Part shown: piece by piece, positions 47,835 to 57,298 of the stretch
Position numbering within the stretch: position 1 is the first letter of the stretch
Layout of the letters: every line of letters starts with the position of its first letter
DNA from: a bacterium
GTDB taxonomy: Bacteria; Patescibacteriota; Minisyncoccia; Portnoybacterales; GWB1-42-6
Direction of reading: 5' to 3'
Assembly: GCA_043800535.1 (NCBI GenBank)
Contig: JAZDMV010000023.1
Location: 111,186-175,185 of the forward strand
DNA length: 64,000 nucleotides
Position numbers and translations under genes: made by a program
The notes under the pieces: model-generated
Databases searched by the model: none
Seen by the model: the letters and a program-made list of their open reading frames with translations, nothing else
Told to the model about the DNA's origin: nothing

Positions 47835-50800
47835 TTACGGAGTAAGAGTGATAGATGGCAATGGCAAACTCTTTACGAGGAAGCCGTTAAACCAGTCAGC
47901 TGAAACACTGCCCGAAGTGCTCACATGAGGTATAACGCTGCGGTCTGACCAGATGAAGTAGTAGAACGTTGAAGCGTCGCCAGTGTTGCTGTCATCCAAT
48001 CCCCAATAAGTACTGGCTGGATAGTTGGCATACAACTTGGTGCGTTCAAGGTTCGTTGTATCTTTGGTCAGAGTTAAGGTCACGCTGTCGGAGCTGGTCG
48101 TGCCCTTGTCAAACAATCTTGGCGTGGCCTTCAGAGTAAACTCTGTGGCCGTTGTGACTGTTTTTTCCGTCGGGAAAGCGACTATCAAGCCCTTGGTCGT
48201 GTCTGCTTCTGTAATACCGCTGTTTCCGGTCGCGTCACCGGTTGTGCCGTCGTCCTTAATCGTGGCTGCAGCCGTAATGTCAGTAGCGCCTTCGTAGAGC
48301 AACCAATAATCCAGTTCCAGGGTGTCCACTGTCGGACCAGCATCAGTCCAGGCCACGTCAAATCCGATCTGTTTCAAAGAAACAGAGCCGCCGGCCGAAG
48401 GAGTGACTGTGAATTTCGCCACTTCGCCTGAAACGTTGTTTGTGATGGTCTTGCCGGACGAACTGGTCAGGGCTAATGTCGGATAGCTCTTATAGACAAC
48501 AACAGCATTGCCTTCGCGGTCAGTGCTTTCATAGGTAGGCGTGCCGTTTGAGTCATAGATATAGAGCGTATCCAGCGTGGTTGAAGCATTCAAGGCCGCG
48601 TTAGTCGCGCCAGTGCCAATTGTGTTAAGCCCGAGCTTAACGGTCAGGGTCTTGGTTGTGTTGGAAGGAATCTGCCAGGACAAACCAGTGGTCGTGGAAA
48701 TACCGCTGCCGTCAACCACTGAGCCACCCGGATTCAGCAGGGTTGCACCGTCGTACAAGAGAACCGAATTGACAACTGCCGCCTGGGTCACGTTGCGGAA
48801 TTTGATAGCAATCTGATTAACGGTGTAAGTGTCGCTGGCTGCCGTTAGATCAAAGTTGGCTGCTTCAATTGTCTGGCCGCCGTAGGCCAGTTGGTCAAGC
48901 GGGGTCTCGGTAGCGGCGGTTGTGAATGAACCACTGCCCCAGGTGATGGTTTGACCCAGAACCTCGCTTGCGTTAGCAGTAGCTCCGGAGTTTGCGGCTG
49001 TGCCGCCAACTGCGGTTCTGATGCCTGTAGTGCCTGAAATTGTGGTGTTGGTGGTGCAGTAGAGCGCAATAGGAATCGTGGCGCCGGGCTGCAACGTATA
49101 GCTAACTGAAAAGCTCTCTGAAGTTGAAGAGGTGAGTGTGCTCTTGAGCGACGTTGTCTTGTCAGCGTAGGTGTAGTAACAATTTGACAGGTCAGCGACG
49201 CCAAGGATTGAGTTCTCCGCGTCCTCAAAGTCAGGCGATATGCTTGTCAGATTGACCGGTTCGGTTGTCCCGGACGTCAGCCGCCATTCGCCCAATTTAA
49301 AGGCGGTCTTTGGCGGAACTGCGGTTTGACTGGTATAGCCGGTGTATTTAACTATGGTTATGGTCCCCTCTTTAACGGTCAAAACGTTGCCTGATTTTAT
49401 CGTGGCGGGAGAAACAAAATAAGTGCCGGAGACCGTTCTCTGCGCATTACTGACTGCGCTTGCAAGAACATCGCCGCGCACTTGCCAGTCAGCTACCACC
49501 TGGTTTGTTCCATCGTTGTCATAAATGTCCATTCTGATCTCTAAAACTCTATCAGTGCCAGGAGTGACAACTAAGGAAGAACCAAGAGAAAAGCGGGTAT
49601 ACTGGGCTGTCACATCATTGTCAGATGAGATAGATTGTGTGCTGCCGACCTGAATGCCGTCAGCGAACAAAGCGCCGTTCCGCCATGTGACTGCATCGGT
49701 ATTGGCTGTAGCCGAAGAAGTATAGATCGCAATATCAAGCGACTCAATCTTAATCGGTTCGCCCAGCGCCTTTAAGTCAAATTTAGCTATGGTAGCGCTG
49801 CTGCCGCCATTGGTAACATTGCCCGAAGGCGAAGTAGTTGCCTTGGATATCGTCAAACTGCCGGCCGCAATGGTTTGGGCAGTTGAGCTCTGGGCAGAAA
49901 ATGTGGTGCTAGCTGCCTGAACGAGAATTGTTGAGGCATATTCACTATCAGTGAAAATAACATCTGCCGCGTATCTCAATGACAAGCTAGTGGTTCTGGT
50001 TGAACCACCAACGATATCTACCAAAACTTTGAACTCGCGGGCGCCTGTCTGCAGTGTCTTGGGCGAGCTGGTTATGTCAAAAGCGACATATCCATTAGCA
50101 TCCATGGCCGCCACAGTTGAACCAACCTGAACGCCGTCAACTAACAGCTTGAAATTGGCCAGGTCGGCTGTATTAACCGAACCGATCTGTCTGAATGTTA
50201 TGTATTTCAGATAAACGGATCTGGTTGAAATAGTGACTGTGCTCTGCCAGAGATTGAATTCGGTCTGAGGGCTTGGCGTGCCATCAGATGAAGGCGTCAC
50301 TGTGCCAAAACTGACTCCGCCCAAAGTACCAGACGCGATAGTGTGGAAATTACCGTTGATCGGGAAACTGCCGGTGACAGTCGCGCCATCGGTCACGATA
50401 TAGCTGCTTTCAAACATGCTGACTCCAATCGTTTCGCCGGCTGTGCCGTCAATGTCTGATTTGACAGTGATGGTTTTGGTTGTGCCGGCAGGGATCGTGA
50501 AGATTCCCGTGCTGTTATTCCAAGATACGATGTTTGAGCTAACCGAAGCGTTGTCGGTTATTCTGGTGTTACCATCGTAAAGATAAACATTCGTCAAAGT
50601 GGCATCAGCTGAAACGCCGATTCTCTTGACCTTGAAGGTGGTCACCTTAACAGCGCCGTTTGAAGGAGCCGTCAAATTGAACGAAGCCAAAGGATTAGCC
50701 GCCGAACCGTCAACAATGGTTGTTGATGGCTGGGTGTTTGGAGACAGGGTCACTTGTAAAGTGGTGCCCGGCGTTATGCCGCTGCCTTCAGTTGACAAAG

Positions 50801-51308
50801 TGCAAGTCGTGTCATCGTTGCTTGCAGTGTAGCTGTCACGGTCAACAGTGTTAATCTGATAAACTGAATCCCAATCAAACAAGGCGTTGCTTGAATTGCA
50901 AGCAGTAAACTGTTCTGCGGTCATGTTGACCCAGTGTTTGCCGCCATTATCGCTATTGGCAACTGGGGCCAGGTTATAGACCTTTGGGTCGCCAACGGCT
51001 CTCACCAAAGTGGAAATCGTGAACTGATCCATTGTCGCCTGGCTGACGGTCTTGACATTGCTCCAGCTAAGATGTCCGTAGCTATTGAAAACGCTCGGGC
51101 TAAGAATCAATCTCTTGAAAGCCTTGGCTCCGAGATATTTTGCAATATAAACATCAGGACTGGCGGCCGTCTTTATAAGCGCGCCCTCGGCGATGTTGTC
51201 AATGACAGCGTTAGCCATCATTGGAGCAAGCATACCGATACCGCTCATAGTCGCGATCGTTGCGATAGAAGCCGTAACAGAAATAAGTTTTTGAATTTTT
51301 TTACTCAT
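47835..51308 (-). CDS. Large (1157 aa) Thr/Ser/Gly-rich secreted cell-surface protein with repeated beta-rich (Ig-like) regions; candidate S-layer/adhesin-like glycoprotein
   Basis: N-terminal signal peptide (ISVTASIATIATMSGIGMLAPMMANA). Extreme T/S/G/A/V-rich composition with repeated TxTV-type beta-strand patterns. Its own promoter, leader and terminator. Confidence 0.6.
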   Translation of the reverse strand: MSKKIQKLISVTASIATIATMSGIGMLAPMMANAVIDNIAEGALIKTAASPDVYIAKYLGAKAFKRLILSPSVFNSYGHLSWSNVKTVSQATMDQFTISTLVRAVGDPKVYNLAPVANSDNGGKHWVNMTAEQFTACNSSNALFDWDSVYQINTVDRDSYTASNDDTTCTLSTEGSGITPGTTLQVTLSPNTQPSTTIVDGSAANPLASFNLTAPSNGAVKVTTFKVKRIGVSADATLTNVYLYDGNTRITDNASVSSNIVSWNNSTGIFTIPAGTTKTITVKSDIDGTAGETIGVSMFESSYIVTDGATVTGSFPINGNFHTIASGTLGGVSFGTVTPSSDGTPSPQTEFNLWQSTVTISTRSVYLKYITFRQIGSVNTADLANFKLLVDGVQVGSTVAAMDANGYVAFDITSSPKTLQTGAREFKVLVDIVGGSTRTTSLSLRYAADVIFTDSEYASTILVQAASTTFSAQSSTAQTIAAGSLTISKATTSPSGNVTNGGSSATIAKFDLKALGEPIKIESLDIAIYTSSATANTDAVTWRNGALFADGIQVGSTQSISSDNDVTAQYTRFSLGSSLVVTPGTDRVLEIRMDIYDNDGTNQVVADWQVRGDVLASAVSNAQRTVSGTYFVSPATIKSGNVLTVKEGTITIVKYTGYTSQTAVPPKTAFKLGEWRLTSGTTEPVNLTSISPDFEDAENSILGVADLSNCYYTYADKTTSLKSTLTSSTSESFSVSYTLQPGATIPIALYCTTNTTISGTTGIRTAVGGTAANSGATANASEVLGQTITWGSGSFTTAATETPLDQLAYGGQTIEAANFDLTAASDTYTVNQIAIKFRNVTQAAVVNSVLLYDGATLLNPGGSVVDGSGISTTTGLSWQIPSNTTKTLTVKLGLNTIGTGATNAALNASTTLDTLYIYDSNGTPTYESTDREGNAVVVYKSYPTLALTSSSGKTITNNVSGEVAKFTVTPSAGGSVSLKQIGFDVAWTDAGPTVDTLELDYWLLYEGATDITAAATIKDDGTTGDATGNSGITEADTTKGLIVAFPTEKTVTTATEFTLKATPRLFDKGTTSSDSVTLTLTKDTTNLERTKLYANYPASTYWGLDDSNTGDASTFYYFIWSDRSVIPHVSTSGSVSADWFNGFLVKSLPLPSITLTP

Positions 51309-51667
51309 TTTTTATTTTAATTTTGATCACTCCGGGATTGATTTTCGAAAATCAAGCCAGGAGTTTGTTGAGATGTTTTAAAGGAAGTCAAACTTCCCAA
51401 ACCTTTCGGTTTTATTTAAGCGACTGCTTCGACATCGCAGTCTACTCTCCCCCCGCTTTAATAAGCGAGGTGTCCTCGAGGTTGTCCTTACACCCCCCCT
51501 ATTTCTTTACGGGGGTAACATCTCTTTTTTACTATCCGGCTATGCCTGGAGTTCTACTCCGGCCAGCCGAACGGATTATTTTTCTGTCTTTCTCAAAAAT
51601 AAAACAAGAACAAACCCCCGGGGAGTTTCACCCCACGGGCTGTCGACCTTTTCCTTGTTTCTTCCAA

Positions 51668-51697
51668 ATTTTAGCTTTTTTAGCATGTAATTGTCAA
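51668..51697 (-). promoter_or_regulatory. Sigma70-like promoter for the surface-protein gene, giving a roughly 350-nt leader
   Basis: Minus strand reads TTGACA, a 17-nt spacer (attacatgctaaaaaag), then CTAAAAT. Confidence 0.5.
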
Positions 51698-51764
51698 ATT
51701 TTTACCTGTGGATAAAAAAAACGGTTTTATATGCCAACCACACCTTTTAACCTTAATTTTCCGC

Positions 51765-52934
51765 CTAAAAAGTCGTTACCTGGATAGGAGCCGGCGGGAT
51801 GGTTAACGGCAATTCAATGTATGAGCTGGTAGAAGTCGCACTCGGCAAGGCATTTTCCGTGCTGGAAGCGTTTTTCTTATCGGAAACCGGCTCGGCCGCT
51901 TTATCAGCATCAGAACCAGCCGCTGGCGTGGCATTCCCGCTTTCTACTATCTTTTCAGCGTTTTTTACCATTTCGTTGATGGCCTTGATCATCTCCAACG
52001 CCGCGACTGTGTCATTGTTCTGCAAACTCTCTTTTGCCTGGCTGACCGCCTTATCTGATTCATCAAGAATGATTGTCGCGTTTATCGCCAATTTATTGGA
52101 AATCGTTGAACTGGCAACTGACATTTCCAAATTCTTTATTCTCATTTCCGTTTTTTGTATCTTCTCGCCTAAATTGGCAACAATATCTGCCTGGTCTCCG
52201 GCATCGCTTTGTTTACTCATCATCATTTCCAGCGCTTTTGTGCTGGTTTTATCCGCCTCATCAGCCGCTTCGGTTATTTTTTCTGCTAAACTTGGCTTCA
52301 TTTCTGCAGAAAGCGTCAATCTTGCCTGGCCTAACGCATGCTCGGCCTGAACCGCGTTTTTATCTATTTTTTTAGCTACCTCAACCGCTTTTTTTGCGTC
52401 TGTTCCGCTTAATTTTGGCAAATCGTCTTTCGCGGTCAGAAGATACCTCTGCAAATTAGTGACTGCCTGTTCAATCCTCGGCTGCCTTGCCTCAATGGAA
52501 TCACTGGCATTTATCACCCTATTCAACTCATCAAGCCGAGAGGCAATCATTTCGCTCTGAAACTCTGCCTTTCCTTCGGCAGAAGTAGTTGTAAAAAGCC
52601 GGGCTTGTTCAAGCGCGATTTTAACCGAATAAAGGCGGTCGCCGGGCAAACTCTCTTTTGCCATAGTCAATGCGCCTAAGCTGCTGCTAAAAATAAGCAC
52701 AAAAACAACTGTCATTATAGATATTGGCTTTAGAGCAGGCCCGAATACATTTAACTGGCGCAGCCAGGTGAAAAATCCGATTGAATTGGCATTGACTGCC
52801 ATTTTCTGTTCCCGGCCATTCTCAAACATTGAAACCAGATTTTGCCGACAAAAAACCGCCCAATTTTCATCAGGGGTTATTTCCTTTAATTCGCGAAGCC
52901 GTTCTATAAGCTGGTTTTCGGTTATTTTTGTCAT
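51765..52934 (-). CDS. DUF5667-like membrane protein, putative anti-sigma factor partner of the upstream ECF sigma factor
   Basis: N-terminal cytoplasmic segment, one TM helix (ISIMTVVFVLIFSSSLGAL), then a long helical extracytoplasmic domain with a low-complexity tail. It lies immediately downstream of the ECF sigma gene. Confidence 0.45.
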   Translation of the reverse strand: MTKITENQLIERLRELKEITPDENWAVFCRQNLVSMFENGREQKMAVNANSIGFFTWLRQLNVFGPALKPISIMTVVFVLIFSSSLGALTMAKESLPGDRLYSVKIALEQARLFTTTSAEGKAEFQSEMIASRLDELNRVINASDSIEARQPRIEQAVTNLQRYLLTAKDDLPKLSGTDAKKAVEVAKKIDKNAVQAEHALGQARLTLSAEMKPSLAEKITEAADEADKTSTKALEMMMSKQSDAGDQADIVANLGEKIQKTEMRIKNLEMSVASSTISNKLAINATIILDESDKAVSQAKESLQNNDTVAALEMIKAINEMVKNAEKIVESGNATPAAGSDADKAAEPVSDKKNASSTENALPSATSTSSYIELPLTIPPAPIQVTTF

Positions 52935-53001
52935 CCTAATAAATAAGACGGAAAAACGCCTATTCTATTACACCTGGGACACGAACAAAATAAGCATATA
53001 A

Positions 53002-53046
53002 ATCCCCACACCATGGGCTTACGCAGAGTTTTTCTGGTGTGGGGAT
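53002..53046. repeat. Palindromic hairpin element with a 12-bp stem atccccacacca/tggtgtggggat (copy 2 of 2)
   Basis: The stem is identical to the one at 36540-36582. The 21-nt loop is different. It lies between the sigma and anti-sigma genes. Confidence 0.5.
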
Positions 53047-53104
53047 AAACAAAAACAGTCCCGACGTGATATCGGGACCGCTTTAAATCCATAGTTTATC
53101 CTCA

Positions 53105-53632
53105 TTACCGATTATTAGCCCTTTTTGCCTCTAAAACGGCCTTTAGAGCCCCTATTGCCCTGGAAAGCGAGGTTCTGACCGCTCCTTCTGATTTACCCCA
53201 AATTTCACAGATTTCAGGCACGCTGAAGTCGTCAATATAGTGCCAGATAATAAGCTCCTGATATTCGTCTTTCAGCTCTCGCAAGCATTCTCTGACCTTA
53301 TCCAATTCCAGGCCTGTTTCCGCGCCACCAATCACTTCTTCCTCTGATTCGCTTAAATCCAATTCGGAAGTCGTTTCCAAAGATATTGGCAATTTGGAAA
53401 CGTTCCGGAAATTATCGGCAATCATATTTCGGCAAATTTGGTAGACCATTGCCGATAAATTTCCAATTTCTTTTCCGCCTTTTATGTACTGCCACATCTT
53501 CATAAAGGCCTCTGCTGATATATCCTGAGCGACTTGTTCCGAGCCAACCCGAAAATAAACATAGCGATAAATCTTCGTTATGCTTTGATCGTAAAATTCA
53601 AGAAATTTTCGTTCATTTTCCGCTAATGTCAT
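53105..53632 (-). CDS. RNA polymerase sigma-70 family ECF sigma factor
   Basis: Region 2 (FYDQSITKIYRYVYFRV...AEAFMKMW). Region 4 HTH (ELIIWHYIDDFSVPEICEIWGKSEGAVRTSLSRA). 175 aa. Confidence 0.8.
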   Translation of the reverse strand: MTLAENERKFLEFYDQSITKIYRYVYFRVGSEQVAQDISAEAFMKMWQYIKGGKEIGNLSAMVYQICRNMIADNFRNVSKLPISLETTSELDLSESEEEVIGGAETGLELDKVRECLRELKDEYQELIIWHYIDDFSVPEICEIWGKSEGAVRTSLSRAIGALKAVLEAKRANNR

Positions 53633-53645
53633 TATTTATGCAATA

Positions 53646-54509
53646 TCACTGGCAATTCTTATCAATGAATGCCTTCAAATCATCTTTCAGGTCTTCCCGG
53701 TCCAGCGCATATTTCAATGTGGCTTTTAAATAGTTTAACGGGTCTCCTGTTGTCAGCCATTCGCCGCCTTCAACCTTTTTGGCCAAAAATTTGCCGCCCG
53801 TTTTAATATAAGATCTGATTGCGTCAGTCAGCCAAAGCTCATTGCCCTTACCCAAGGCCGTTTCTCTTAAAACCTCAACAATTTCCGGATTCAAGATCAT
53901 CCGGCCAAACGCAGCAAAGCGTGATGGCGTTTCTTCAACTTTGGGCTTTTCAACAATGTCTTCTATTTCCATCGTGCCCTCTTTAAGTTTTACTATCCCG
54001 TAACGCACCACGTCTTCCAGTGCTATTTCCTGAACACCCATTATCATCTGGCCGTGTTTCTCATAATCATCAACCATTTGTTTTGTAAAAGAAACTTTGG
54101 ATTTAACCAGATCATCGCCAAAACAAAAAACAAATGGTTCGTCATCAACCAAGCTCGCTGCCGAGAGCACGGGCGTGCCGTTGCCATAGGGCCCCTTCTG
54201 TCTGATATAAACAAAATTGGCCGATTCAGATATCTTTTTTATTTTTTCCCAGAGTTCAATCTTGCCGGCCTTTTTGAGCTCATCGGCCAGCGCCCAATTG
54301 TGGTCAAAATGATCTTCCAGCGGCTTTTTATCCCATTTTGTGACCAAAATTATATCCTCAATTCCGCCATCAACCAGCTCCTCAACAATAAGTTGGATTA
54401 TTGGTTTATCCACTATCGGCAGCATTTCTTTGGGCATGGCCTTGGTCACGGGCAGAAATCTTGTACCGGAACCTGCCACCGCCACTACCGCTTTTTTAAT
54501 TTTCTTCAT
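53646..54509 (-). CDS. galU: UTP--glucose-1-phosphate uridylyltransferase
   Basis: AVVAVAGSGTRFLPVTKAMPKEMLPIVDKPIIQ is the canonical GalU N-terminus. 287 aa. Confidence 0.85.
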   Translation of the reverse strand: MKKIKKAVVAVAGSGTRFLPVTKAMPKEMLPIVDKPIIQLIVEELVDGGIEDIILVTKWDKKPLEDHFDHNWALADELKKAGKIELWEKIKKISESANFVYIRQKGPYGNGTPVLSAASLVDDEPFVFCFGDDLVKSKVSFTKQMVDDYEKHGQMIMGVQEIALEDVVRYGIVKLKEGTMEIEDIVEKPKVEETPSRFAAFGRMILNPEIVEVLRETALGKGNELWLTDAIRSYIKTGGKFLAKKVEGGEWLTTGDPLNYLKATLKYALDREDLKDDLKAFIDKNCQ

Positions 54510-54549
54510 AGATTAAGTGCAAACTGTTATTAGCAAGCGAACAAAAAAA

Positions 54550-55191
54550 TTATACCAACATATACCTTGCCCCTCTGCGGCTGCCTATTCTTTTTATGAG
54601 GTTTTTATCCATTAATTCGGTCAGGTCGTTCCTGATAGTCCGCTCGCTCACGCCCGAAACCACACCCAATAGATCAGGCACTTTTGCTTCGCCATTTTTT
54701 GAAAAATGGCCAAGGATCAATCTCTGGCGCTTTTCCATTTCAGCAAAAATCAGCCTGTATTTCGGCTTTTTTTCGGCTTTTTGCGCGTTATCTTTTCTTT
54801 CTTCTGCAATTAATTTTGGCGATGGGGGAGTCATGTTTTCTTTTTTTTCTGTCCCCTCTTTTACTTTGTCTTCCGCCTGCGCCAGCGCCTCAATAAACAT
54901 AGAATAAGCCGTTTTCAATAAATCAAAATTTATGGACTTAACCCATTCCTGTTCTCGCGCAATCGCAAGATAAATTTTTATTTCTTCTCCTTTTAAAATT
55001 GTATCACGAATCCTTTCCTGCGCCAACAGAACAATTATTTTTGCCGCGGCGGCCCGCAATTGTTTTGTCAGAATTTCGCCTGGCGGAAAAATTTTTGTCA
55101 CCCGATATATTGCCAGGCATAACTCAAAAGCCCTCCTCTTTAAATTTTCCAAATTTTTTGCCCCAATTCGGCAATCGTCGCTCTGCAACAT
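54550..55191 (-). CDS. Hypothetical protein with a C-terminal DeoR-type winged-helix HTH
   Basis: C-terminal LILGHFSKNGEAKVPDLLGVVSGVSERTIRNDLTELMDKNLIKRIG. The N-terminal domain is of unknown function. Confidence 0.4.
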   Translation of the reverse strand: MLQSDDCRIGAKNLENLKRRAFELCLAIYRVTKIFPPGEILTKQLRAAAAKIIVLLAQERIRDTILKGEEIKIYLAIAREQEWVKSINFDLLKTAYSMFIEALAQAEDKVKEGTEKKENMTPPSPKLIAEERKDNAQKAEKKPKYRLIFAEMEKRQRLILGHFSKNGEAKVPDLLGVVSGVSERTIRNDLTELMDKNLIKRIGSRRGARYMLV

Positions 55192-55290
55192 ATTTAATCT
55201 ATTCTATTTGCCAAATTGCCGAAATGTCAAGCAAATTAAAATGGCCTCGGTAACAACCGAGGCCATTTGTACATAAAATGACATCTAGAA

Positions 55291-56817
55291 CTATTGTATG
55301 CTGGCAGGTTCCAGCATCTCTCTGATCTTGGCGGACGGCTCAAGCGTCCGCTCTTTCAGATCTGCCAAAGAGATCTCTTCCACTTTTTTAAGAAGTATGG
55401 AAAGATCTCCATCAATGGGAGTGGCAACAACCCTGATCCCTTGCTTAGTCCGTGAATTAAATACCACAAAACAATCAGACTCCGCGCCATCGCCCTTGAA
55501 CAAATGGAAGGCCGCCTCGGGAACCTGCACCATTACCGCACCATCGATTGGACGGATTACAGCAAGAGGATGATGATTTATTTCGGCCGGAACCTGGTTT
55601 GGTGCAGACGCAGAAGATGGAACCGATTCTTTCTTGTCTTCTGTTACCGCTTTCCCCTTGCTCATGAGCTCGCGGCAGAATTCCGTCAATTCCCCAATCG
55701 ACTTATTTTTTTCGAGTTTCCTGGCCAGGTCTTTGTTCAACTTCATGTTGAAATCAGCTGGTTCAAGTCCGAAAAGCACTTTTACCAAAGCCGCGGGTGG
55801 CACTTTAAAAAGGTCGTAGAGCTTGAAATAAAGATCTCCTCTCGCTGGATTCTTATCCCCGGTGTGTGATTTGATTGCGTTCCAAAGGGTTTCTAACCCC
55901 TCCTTCTGCCTCACCGAAATGTCACGTGTATCCCTTTCCTTTTTCATATCCCTCTCTCCTTTTTTGCCTTTTTCTGCTGACCGTTTTCCGTTTGCCGATA
56001 GTTCAGACGCTTGGTCAACCCGAATATCAATAGTTGGCGTATCTTTGGGTGGTAATGAAAATTCCGGAGATGTTGGCTTCGAATCTTTTTGCCGTGGCTC
56101 TGACCTGGCTTCCTCAAATTTTGCCTCTAACTGCACCTTCTCTTTTTCTACAGAACCCATCTCTGCCAAAATTTCTTCTTCTTGCCCTAATTCTTCCACC
56201 AACTCTTCTGCTCCCTCTCCGGATTCCGTTGTCTTTTCCTCAAGCTCCGCTATCTTGTCGGAAGCAAACCGCTCTCTGCTCGGTCTAAAATTCATGGCGT
56301 CTAATGCCCCTGGTCTGCGATTGTGACTCTTTTCCACTTCAATCTCTTCTTGTTCATCCATCTCGCTCCGCGGAATAAACGGCAGATTGTGCCCCGGCCG
56401 CAGAACGTTTTTTTGACTGCTTCGCTGGACACGGGGCTCGTCCTTGATATTCTTTGCCAATTCAAGAATCTTATTTTTGCCTTCGCCATCAAGACGCTCA
56501 ATGATTCTCTTAAACTCCGGCCTGCTTAATCTGACGCCTCCGGAAATGCCATGTTGCTTGCACCCTTCTTTTACCGTCTTAAATGCAAGTTTCCCGTCTT
56601 CATCCAGAATTATTACCGGCTTAATAATTTTAGGACAACGCTCCCAGCTATTCTTGCCGCTAAGGCCGGCCTCATTGGCGCAGGTAAAAGGCGGAAGAGA
56701 AATTAGAAAGACCAAACTCCCAAAAATATCAGCAATCCTTGTTTTTATGAACTCTGGAATATCAATATCCCTGAACCGGATCTTTTCAAAAACAAGCTCC
56801 TGTCCCATTCTTTTCAC
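55291..56817 (-). CDS. Hypothetical protein with a long acidic low-complexity central region
   Basis: 508-aa ORF. Conserved-looking N- and C-terminal domains flank an E/K-rich disordered stretch. No recognisable motif. Confidence 0.35.
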   Translation of the reverse strand: MKRMGQELVFEKIRFRDIDIPEFIKTRIADIFGSLVFLISLPPFTCANEAGLSGKNSWERCPKIIKPVIILDEDGKLAFKTVKEGCKQHGISGGVRLSRPEFKRIIERLDGEGKNKILELAKNIKDEPRVQRSSQKNVLRPGHNLPFIPRSEMDEQEEIEVEKSHNRRPGALDAMNFRPSRERFASDKIAELEEKTTESGEGAEELVEELGQEEEILAEMGSVEKEKVQLEAKFEEARSEPRQKDSKPTSPEFSLPPKDTPTIDIRVDQASELSANGKRSAEKGKKGERDMKKERDTRDISVRQKEGLETLWNAIKSHTGDKNPARGDLYFKLYDLFKVPPAALVKVLFGLEPADFNMKLNKDLARKLEKNKSIGELTEFCRELMSKGKAVTEDKKESVPSSASAPNQVPAEINHHPLAVIRPIDGAVMVQVPEAAFHLFKGDGAESDCFVVFNSRTKQGIRVVATPIDGDLSILLKKVEEISLADLKERTLEPSAKIREMLEPASIQ

Positions 56818-57239
56818 CCCCTCCCTTTCTGAGTTTTAATGCGTTACCAAATAGATTTTTAATGACCTGGCCAAACAATAAACTTACAGACAATCATTTG
56901 TTGTTTTATAGCACAAGCAGGGGACAAACGCAAATTGTTTTGGCAATGCCGGACACCGTCATTGAACTATGTCTCTTTAGGAATAAAACACACAGCCAAA
57001 CGCGTTACGACTTTAGACATTATATTTTTTACACTTCTCATATTGTGCGACATAATATTCGCAGTTTTCTGAAAATAAATTTTACGAAAAATCTATTTAG
57101 AATTTTGCTAATAAAAATCAGGAAGCAAAAATTTATTTTTTGACAAATAATTTTTGCCTGTTGATACATAAATATCAGTCGCGTCCAATATACTCCCCTA
57201 TCGCTATCCCCTTCTGTGGAACAAAAATTTTTGCGGATA

Positions 57240-57285
57240 AATTAAAAACCCCGCCACGCAAAATGCGGGGCGTGGGGTGTTTTCT
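57240..57285 (-). terminator. GC-rich hairpin with T-runs on both strands (terminator after 57299-58084)
   Basis: aaaaaccccgccacgcaaaatgcggggcgtggggtgtttt. Confidence 0.45.
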
Positions 57286-57298
57286 AAAAAAATACCTC

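Noticed and set aside
51309-51764. Whether the GC-rich 456-bp region upstream of the surface-protein gene is RNase P RNA, SRP RNA or a cobalamin riboswitch
   Set aside because: Neither strand shows the RNase P P4 motifs (GGAAAGUCCGG / ACAGAACCCGGCUUA), the SRP domain IV or the B12-box (GCCACTG). A structured mRNA leader downstream of a sigma70-like promoter explains the region better.
57141-57175. Plus-strand TTGACA hexamer in the AT-rich 56818-57298 region
   Set aside because: No acceptable -10 element lies at 16-18 nt spacing, and any plus-strand transcript would be antisense to all neighbouring genes.
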